This document shows positions 57,324 to 64,000 of a DNA stretch of 64,000 nucleotides, piece by piece (within the stretch, counting starts at the first letter, position 1; the number at the start of each line of letters is the position of its first letter). The position numbers and the translations under genes are program-made. The stretch is taken from assembly GCA_046482545.1 (NCBI GenBank), contig JAWOEX010000024.1, forward strand, positions 1 through 64,000. Direction: 5' to 3'. The stretch comes from Candidatus Thorarchaeota archaeon. GTDB taxonomy: Archaea > Asgardarchaeota > Thorarchaeia > Thorarchaeales > Thorarchaeaceae. The notes under the pieces are model-generated. The model did not search any database, was not told where the DNA came from, and worked only from the letters and a program-made list of their open reading frames with translations.

Positions 57324-58811
57324 GTGGAAATTCCATTCTTGCTTCTGCAAACGGTGCTCATCCCAGTACTATCCATGCCAGTCATGGCATTGCTTGGCAG
57401 AAAAATAGGCACACGTGTCGGCTGGGTTGCTGCAGTAGTCCTATCGTATACCACGATTCTTCTCCTCCTCGGTGGTATTGATTTTTGGATTAGCGGGTCA
57501 CCTCTCATTGAGCACTATTCTTGGAGTACAGCAGTATTGAATATCGAGTTCGGATTCTTGGCCGACGGCCTCAGCTATCCAGTTGCCATTCTCATGAATA
57601 TCATCTCAACCGTGGTCGTCGTCTATTCCATTCGATATGTTGAGCATCCCATAGAGGAGATTCACGACGAGAAAGAGAAGGGCCTAAATGAGCTCTATTT
57701 TTCCCTCTTTATGCTTTTTCCCACAGGACTCCTAGGGGTATCATTTGCAACTAACTTGGTAGAGATTTACCTATTTCTCGATATCCTTCTGATACCTCTC
57801 TATTTTATCATAAGCTACTTTGGACTTATCCAGCGAAATCGGATTGCAACAATGGTATTCATGTGGGGTTTCATAGGCGGTTCGCTGTTTCTCATCGGAT
57901 CAGTAGTCGTTTATTCCCAAATAGGAAGCCTAATGGTTTCGGATTTGCCCGCTCTCGTGGGGTCCCCTCTTGCCCTCTGGGCAACCGTTTTCATGCTTGT
58001 AGGCATACTCATGAAGATGGCTGTTTTTGGTTTTCATGTATGGCTACCTTGGGTGCATTCAGGAGCTCCGACACCGGTATCTGCCATACTGACAGTTTTT
58101 GTTGGTATCATGAGCTATCTACTGGGTAGGATTTTTGTCCAGAATCTTGCGGTCATCATCCAGTCGTTTTCTAGACCGCTTATGATTTGGGCATTGATTA
58201 CTATGCTTTATGGGGGACTTCTCACCCTTGCTCAGGACGATATCAAGCTCGTGTATGCTTGCTCTACGATAAGCCAGACCTCGTATTCCCTCCTTGGATT
58301 GGCAAGTCTTACAGCTACTGGAGCCGCGGGTGGTGTGTTCTACTTCCTGAGTCATTCTCTCGGGAAGGTCATCCTATTCTCGTGTGCTGGTATGGTCATA
58401 CTCAGGACAGATGTCAGAAATATCAACAAGATGGGCGGCCTTGCAAAGAAGATGCCGGTGACGGCAATACTTTGTGTGATTGGCTCTCTTATCCTGTCTG
58501 CTATTCCTCCATTCAGCGGACTACCAGCAGAATGGATTATGTTCATGGGTATTTTCGAATATGGCATTACAGCTGGCTCCCTTCTGGACATAGTGATACC
58601 GATTGCAGGCATATTCATCACCTTCATATCTACCGTCTATACATTCTGGCCTGTGATGCGAATATTTTTTGGTCCTCTACCTGAGTCCATGAAAGATGTA
58701 CGAGAAGCGCCACTTCAGATGATTATACCCACTGCAGTTCTTGCCCTGATATCTCTCCTGATTGGTGTCTACCCTGAGTTGGTTATGCGTTTTCTGTCTA
58801 CTGCATTCTAA
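57324..58811 (+). CDS. Antiporter-like subunit (NuoM-like)
   Basis: DGLS, K..FH.WLPWVH..AP, MGGLAKKMP, GLPAEW. Confidence 0.88.
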   Translation: MEIPFLLLQTVLIPVLSMPVMALLGRKIGTRVGWVAAVVLSYTTILLLLGGIDFWISGSPLIEHYSWSTAVLNIEFGFLADGLSYPVAILMNIISTVVVVYSIRYVEHPIEEIHDEKEKGLNELYFSLFMLFPTGLLGVSFATNLVEIYLFLDILLIPLYFIISYFGLIQRNRIATMVFMWGFIGGSLFLIGSVVVYSQIGSLMVSDLPALVGSPLALWATVFMLVGILMKMAVFGFHVWLPWVHSGAPTPVSAILTVFVGIMSYLLGRIFVQNLAVIIQSFSRPLMIWALITMLYGGLLTLAQDDIKLVYACSTISQTSYSLLGLASLTATGAAGGVFYFLSHSLGKVILFSCAGMVILRTDVRNINKMGGLAKKMPVTAILCVIGSLILSAIPPFSGLPAEWIMFMGIFEYGITAGSLLDIVIPIAGIFITFISTVYTFWPVMRIFFGPLPESMKDVREAPLQMIIPTAVLALISLLIGVYPELVMRFLSTAF

Positions 58812-58941
58812 GTCACTAGCTACATACTCATAGACCGTTTCTTTCCAATAAACCATTCCTTCGGATGTTTCCATAGAACAAGTCTTTTATCTCGTTGCTC
58901 TCCTAGGACAATTGTCGGATAAATAGGTCTGAGGAAAAGTC

Positions 58942-59784
58942 ATGACCCAAGCACAAACTACTCTGAAGCATCCTATGGCGAAATACATACGCGAAGACCG
59001 TCAACCGTGGATATATTGCCCTGGCTGTAGTATTGGCATCGTCACCAATATGGTTGCACGGGCAATCGATAATCTTGGTCTAGATTACCATGACGTGGTA
59101 GTAGTCTCAGGTATTGGTTGTACTGGACGCACTTCTGGATACTTTGAAACAGGTTCTTTTCATACCACTCACGGTCGTGCTATCGCCTTTGCAAGCGGTG
59201 TGAAGATTGCTAACCCGGATTTGGAGGTCATTGTTGTATCTGGAGATGGTGATATCGCAGCTATTGGAGGGAACCACCTAATCCATGCCTGCAGGCGAAA
59301 CGTTGGCATAACTGTTGTTTGCGTCAATAACTTCAACTATGGTATGACTGGTGGACAATTCGGACCAACTACTGAACACGAAAGATACACTCAGACATCA
59401 CCAAGGCCAATTGGCAATATTGAGCACCCCTTCAACCTTGTCAAGCTAGCGGCTTCGTCAGGAGCGACTTTCGTGTCTCGTTGGACTGCAGTCCAGGCAC
59501 GCAGAGCCACAAAATCCATACAGAAAGGCATAGCAAAGGATGGCTTTTCCTTTATCGAAATTGTCGGTGCTTGTCCTACTGCGTATGGTAGGCGGAACGA
59601 TATGGGTACCGGCCTTAAGATGCATCAGCATCTCCTTGAAGTAGCAGAAATACAGAATGGGCTCCCAGCCCATGAAGCAGAACTGGATTATGATAACAGA
59701 ATTGTGTGCGGAGAATTCCTAGACATAGACAAACCTGAGTATACTGCGATATTGAAGGCCGCGCGTCAGAAGGTAACGAGGTGA
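58942..59784 (+). CDS. korB: 2-oxoacid:ferredoxin oxidoreductase beta subunit
   Basis: YCPGC, SGIGC, HTTHGRA, GDGD, YGMTGGQ. Confidence 0.93.
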   Translation: MTQAQTTLKHPMAKYIREDRQPWIYCPGCSIGIVTNMVARAIDNLGLDYHDVVVVSGIGCTGRTSGYFETGSFHTTHGRAIAFASGVKIANPDLEVIVVSGDGDIAAIGGNHLIHACRRNVGITVVCVNNFNYGMTGGQFGPTTEHERYTQTSPRPIGNIEHPFNLVKLAASSGATFVSRWTAVQARRATKSIQKGIAKDGFSFIEIVGACPTAYGRRNDMGTGLKMHQHLLEVAEIQNGLPAHEAELDYDNRIVCGEFLDIDKPEYTAILKAARQKVTR

Positions 59785-60356
59785 TTATCTTGGCACGTTT
59801 CGAAGTACGCATGGGTGGTTTTGGAGGACAGGGTATAGTCACTATGGCTGTTGTGCTTGGTGAGACAGTATCATTAATCGAAGGAAAAGAGTGCGTACAG
59901 ACACAATCCTACGGTCCCGAGGCCAGAGGAGGAGCAAGTAAGAGCGAGGTGGTAATCAGCGATAAGTCGGAGGTTGATTATCCGAAAGTCATTGCTCCTG
60001 ATGTCTTTATCGCCCTGAGCAGGGCTGCCTATCTGTCCTACAAGGATGACCTGAAGGATAATGGAACACTCATCGTTGACGAGGACCTTGTTGAGATCGA
60101 GGGTAATCTTCCAAAGGGCGTCAAGGTATACAAGATTCGTGCTACCCATATTGCCGACAACGAAGTGGGCTCCAAGCTGGCCACGAACGTCGTTATGCTC
60201 GGGGCTTTCTCAGCGATTACAGGCGAAGTCACACTCGATGGCCTAAGGGAGCGAGTAGCCCAGCGCTGGCCTCGTTTCAAGGATACTAATCTGAAAGCTC
60301 TTGAACTTGGTTTTGAAGCTGGTAAGAAGGCAGTAGAAAAGGCAGGCAATGCTTGA
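59781..60356 (+). CDS. korC: 2-oxoacid:ferredoxin oxidoreductase gamma subunit
   Basis: GFGGQG, QSYGPEARGG, NVVMLGA. Confidence 0.93.
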   Translation: MIILARFEVRMGGFGGQGIVTMAVVLGETVSLIEGKECVQTQSYGPEARGGASKSEVVISDKSEVDYPKVIAPDVFIALSRAAYLSYKDDLKDNGTLIVDEDLVEIEGNLPKGVKVYKIRATHIADNEVGSKLATNVVMLGAFSAITGEVTLDGLRERVAQRWPRFKDTNLKALELGFEAGKKAVEKAGNA

Positions 60357-60513
60357 GTCCTTTATTTGGGTGACGGCTGATGTATCTGGTTTGACTACAT
60401 CTTAATTTGACCGTATGTCGAACAAGAATTCTGAAACACAAAGAAACTACGAGTGGATACCATGTGACTTCTGGACGGAATTGCCGCTCAGGTTGATAGG
60501 ATTTCTTCTTCCT

Positions 60514-61734
60514 TTACTGGTGCTCATCGTACCATTTGTTTGCCCTCACCCTGAGCTGCTCCTTTGATACAATTTCGATTGAATCGTCTTCTGCATCAAC
60601 AAGGGCAATCCGGTCTGTGCAGCTGTAGCATGGGTCTATTGCGGCCAATATGATTGGTGCGTCTGCAATCTGGTAGCCTTTCAAGGTATGCTCCATCGAT
60701 ACCCAGTTGGCATGTGTTGGGGCGCGTATCTTAACTCTTTCTGGCTTACTTGTGCCATTAGTGATCAGGTAGTGTATGAGTTCCCCACGTGGAGCCTCGT
60801 GTCTAGCCAGTACCTCGTTTGGTTGAATCCTTGCACCCATTTTCTTGCTTATAGGTCCATCAGGCAGGTTCTCAATAAGCCATCGTGACATCTGAATTGC
60901 CTGAACAATTTCCTTCAATCGTACAATTGTCCTTCCCGCGACGTCACAACGTTTTGACAGAATCACGTTAAAATAGTCGATATCATTGAGATGGGGATAA
61001 GCTTGTGTAGGATCGGTGAAGCGTACGTCTGTGGGGACGTTACTTCCTCTAGCTGTAGGGCCTACAGCTCCATGGCTTCTTGCCACGGCAGTCTCAAGGA
61101 TACCGACGTCCTCAACACGATTCAGTAGGCTTCTGTCGTTCATTGCTGTGTTAAGGTAATAGTCCATCCGCTCCTCAAGCTTATCTAGACGCTTGATGAG
61201 ACTCTGTGCCAGCTCGTCTGAAATATCTCTTCTGACTCCACCAATGGTATTCATATCATGATGTATACGTGCTCCGGATAAATCCTCCAGCATATCAAGA
61301 GCTAGTTCACGATCTCGCCAAGCGTACATGAACAACGTTTCGAATCCAATTTCGTGACATGCAACGCCGAACCAGAGCATATGTGAGTGAATCCGGTCCA
61401 TTTCCCATGTCAATGTTCGGATGAACTTGGCGCGTTCAGGAGGCTCCTCCTCAGCAGCGAACTCAACTGCTTGGGCGTAGTTGCCATTATGTGTTGCAGA
61501 ACAGATACCACAGATTCTCGCCAGCAAGTACAGATTCTGAGTGTGAAGATTCCCTTCCGTTGCTTTCTCGATACCTCTGTGGTTATAGGAGATATTGACT
61601 TCTGCATCCACAATACGTTCACCCTCCAACGTGAGCTTGAACATGCCCGGCTCTTTCAGAGCCGGATGTTGTGGTCCGATTGGGATGGTAACCCGTGGCG
61701 GTACGATGGTCTTTCGTTGTTCACTTCTGGTCAT
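60514..61734 (-). CDS. Group 4 [NiFe]-hydrogenase large subunit
   Basis: GPQHP, HRGIEK, RICGIC (L1), EAPRGE, DPCYSCTDR (L2) plus C-terminal extension. Confidence 0.93.
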   Translation of the reverse strand: MTRSEQRKTIVPPRVTIPIGPQHPALKEPGMFKLTLEGERIVDAEVNISYNHRGIEKATEGNLHTQNLYLLARICGICSATHNGNYAQAVEFAAEEEPPERAKFIRTLTWEMDRIHSHMLWFGVACHEIGFETLFMYAWRDRELALDMLEDLSGARIHHDMNTIGGVRRDISDELAQSLIKRLDKLEERMDYYLNTAMNDRSLLNRVEDVGILETAVARSHGAVGPTARGSNVPTDVRFTDPTQAYPHLNDIDYFNVILSKRCDVAGRTIVRLKEIVQAIQMSRWLIENLPDGPISKKMGARIQPNEVLARHEAPRGELIHYLITNGTSKPERVKIRAPTHANWVSMEHTLKGYQIADAPIILAAIDPCYSCTDRIALVDAEDDSIEIVSKEQLRVRANKWYDEHQ

Positions 61735-61735
61735 C

Positions 61736-62299
61736 TTATTGCTTCTCCCTTTTTCCTACCGGTGGTCTCTTTGCCCTCTCCATAACTCCTCTCGGATCAT
61801 CCCAGTCTTTCCTGAGAGGATGCTCATCCTCGGGCCAATCTTCGGGAAGCTCAACCCTGTGCTTCTTTTTAAGGCCCACAGGAATTATCCCATACATCTC
61901 ATGAAGCTCATTTTCAACATACTCGAAACCAGGAAAGAGGTCAGTAATTGATGGATATTCGGGATTGCTTCGCGGCACATTTACCCGAACTGTTAGGGCA
62001 ATCCTCTTGTTCCTCAGAAAGAAATGATAACAAGCTTGGAGGTCATCCCCCAAATCCCTACCCGAAACCGTTGAACATTGCCAAACATTGAGTTCTTCCT
62101 TCAGGTATTTTGCAAAATCTCGGAATTTATCCTTTCTTACCTGAAGAAAAATCCTGCCTGGTTGCTTGTGAACATATGAACCCTCTTCAATCGTAGCTTC
62201 TGGATTATCATTTACCAAGGTCTCAAAAAACTCGTATTCTCTTTCGTGACTTTCCCTATCAGCGGGGTGGTGTTCATCTTGTTCTTCCTTTTGACTCAT
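61736..62299 (-). CDS. NuoC-like subunit
   Basis: PSITDLFP...ENELHEMYG..LPEDWP..HPLRKD. Confidence 0.9.
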   Translation of the reverse strand: MSQKEEQDEHHPADRESHEREYEFFETLVNDNPEATIEEGSYVHKQPGRIFLQVRKDKFRDFAKYLKEELNVWQCSTVSGRDLGDDLQACYHFFLRNKRIALTVRVNVPRSNPEYPSITDLFPGFEYVENELHEMYGIIPVGLKKKHRVELPEDWPEDEHPLRKDWDDPRGVMERAKRPPVGKREKQ

Positions 62300-62530
62300 A
62301 GCTTAGCAGCCTCTTTGAGCTAGCTAGATTGTGCCGTCAACTTTCAGCACTGGAGAGTCGTTGTGGGCTGCACCCGTTGCTTCCTCTCTCTCATATAATT
62401 AATTTGGTTCATTACTAATCAACTCATGGATATGCCTCTGTAGAAATTTCCATAGGACGATCAAAATGCTCAAAGCACCAACCATTGGGATGTATCTGCT
62501 CCACAATAACAGCAGATTGCACCTATCTAC

Positions 62531-63304
62531 TCACTTGAGCGATAACAAAGCTGCGCCCAGAGCTCCTGTAAATTGAGCTCTCTGTGGTACCAGTACCTTT
62601 TCCTCAAGTGACTGCTCCAGATACTGAACGAATGCTGGATTAAGGGCAACTCCACCTGTTGCCACGACTGGAGAGACAATACCAACTCGCTTTGACATGT
62701 TTGCAATCTTGCTTGCCATGGATAAGTTAACTCCCGCTGCTATATCCTCCGGAGTTTCACCTGAACTTATCTGACTGATGACCTCACTCTCAGCAAAAAC
62801 GGTACAGGTGCTGCTGATTGAACACGGATTTTTGGACCGAAGAGCTAGTGGTCCCAGATCCTCGATTCGTACATCCAACACACTTGCCATAACTTCAAGA
62901 AAGCGACCCGTTCCAGCTGAACATTTGTCATTGAGTTCAAAATCGATGGGCCTCCCATCTGCTCCAACTCGTATTGCCTTTGAATCTTGTCCACCAACAT
63001 CTATAACGAGCTGTACTTGTGGGAACAGATGATGTACTCCGAGACTGTGGCATGTGATTTCAGTCACATTCCTGTCTGCAAGTGAAATGAGCCTGCGTCC
63101 ATAGCCGGTACTGACAATTGATTCATCTACGGTTCTGCCATATTGATTCTCTATTTCATCCAAAACAGTTTGAACTGCTTTGTTTGCAGATGCACCAGTG
63201 GGGTGAATAGATGAAGCTAGAATCTCGCCGTCACTGTTAATGATGACCCCTTTCGTGGTAGTGGAACCAACATCAATACCGATGCCTATTTGCTCATGGC
63301 TCAC
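62531..63304 (-). CDS. 2-hydroxyacyl-CoA dehydratase activase (HgdC/HadI, ASKHA ATPase)
   Basis: GIDVGSTTTK, TGYGR, DVGGQD, NDKCSAGTG, CTVFAESE. Confidence 0.93.
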   Translation of the reverse strand: MSHEQIGIGIDVGSTTTKGVIINSDGEILASSIHPTGASANKAVQTVLDEIENQYGRTVDESIVSTGYGRRLISLADRNVTEITCHSLGVHHLFPQVQLVIDVGGQDSKAIRVGADGRPIDFELNDKCSAGTGRFLEVMASVLDVRIEDLGPLALRSKNPCSISSTCTVFAESEVISQISSGETPEDIAAGVNLSMASKIANMSKRVGIVSPVVATGGVALNPAFVQYLEQSLEEKVLVPQRAQFTGALGAALLSLK

Positions 63305-63314
63305 GCGTTTTCAC

Positions 63315-63998
63315 CTACTCAACCATCTCAATCAGGGCATCGATTCTTGTCTGTATCTGGGCGTCATTGAAGAGCCGACTGTCAACCATGTCTCCTTCTA
63401 TGACCACACCCGGAACTCCTGTTCTTTCCGTCACCAAGTCCTTTGACACAAGCTGACCGAGGGAATACCTCTTACATGATCTAACTGAAAACATGACAAA
63501 ACCGTCCAAGTCATACTCCTCGATTAAACCACACATTTTGCTTACTTTCGCTCGTAACCCTTTGTTGAGATAAACGTTGGAATAGATGTCTACCAATCGG
63601 TCTAGAATCTCATCACCTTCCAATGAACCCGTCCATGCATGTGTGTATGTATCAGCAGGAAAAACTACCCCTCTCTTCGCTAGGCCATTGAAGAATTTGT
63701 AAATGCTGAACCAAGGTGGAATATTATCCCAGAGCAAGCGAATACTTTCGTCTCGAATGGCTCCAATGCCTTCTGCTACCCGATTTTTGACCTCATCAAG
63801 AAGTTCCTCATAATACTCTAAGATATGCTTCTTCCCCCGCATGGAAACTACTGGAGCCATTGCGAGAAACCTGTCGGCACAATTGAGTGGTGATGGCTTA
63901 TTCTTGCATGCTTCAAGGGACTTGGTCCAAAGATCGATTGCTCTCGTGGAATTTGATGCTACATCTTGAAGTTTCTCTTCTTCGAGACTGGTATCGAA
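63315..63998 (-). CDS. 2-hydroxyacyl-CoA dehydratase subunit (HgdA/B family), 5' end beyond window
   Basis: Frame open to the window edge; RLLWDNIPPW, RSCK, EGDMVD.R..TRIDA. Confidence 0.85.
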   Translation of the reverse strand, partial: FDTSLEEEKLQDVASNSTRAIDLWTKSLEACKNKPSPLNCADRFLAMAPVVSMRGKKHILEYYEELLDEVKNRVAEGIGAIRDESIRLLWDNIPPWFSIYKFFNGLAKRGVVFPADTYTHAWTGSLEGDEILDRLVDIYSNVYLNKGLRAKVSKMCGLIEEYDLDGFVMFSVRSCKRYSLGQLVSKDLVTERTGVPGVVIEGDMVDSRLFNDAQIQTRIDALIEMVE

Positions 63999-64000
63999 CT

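Noticed and set aside
99-63446. Numerous short antisense or overlapping ORFs in the ORF track
   Set aside because: Shadow frames of well-supported genes with no independent motifs.

Overview
Archaeal chromosomal window. It is probably Asgard/Thorarchaeota-like, which is an inference from gene content, LRR debris and acidic tails. Core content: (i) a heterodisulfide-reductase cluster (hdrCB, tandem-type hdrA fused to mvhD, hdrCB, a second large hdrA) next to a group 3b [NiFe]-hydrogenase operon (hydB-G-D-A); (ii) a Zn/Mn/Ni ABC transporter with a NikR-like regulator; (iii) the proteasome-alpha/SBDS/exosome/L37ae/Brix/Pcc1/prefoldin superoperon and an ECF module; (iv) urocanase; (v) a complex-I-like group 4 hydrogenase split over divergent operons, korB/korC and a 2-hydroxyacyl-CoA dehydratase with its activase. 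Most notable: an ~11.8 kb integrase-less island sits inside the 3' end of hydB. It is bounded by a 14-bp imperfect direct repeat, supplies a replacement hydB C-terminus, and carries a duplicated BRE/TATA-like sequence in front of hydGDA. It encodes a probable ~3,400-aa mosaic secreted/membrane protein that is split at a G6 tract, contains a low-GC internal cassette, and ends in a PCNA-like tail matching a second mobile-element footprint (HARP domain + divergent PCNA) at 2.8-4.0 kb. Also notable: a multicopy, GC-rich structured non-coding element with structure-preserving substitutions, one copy of which appears to truncate a radical SAM gene, and candidate structured RNAs within the proteasome/exosome operon. 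All protein calls are from motif recognition by eye; no database searches were run.
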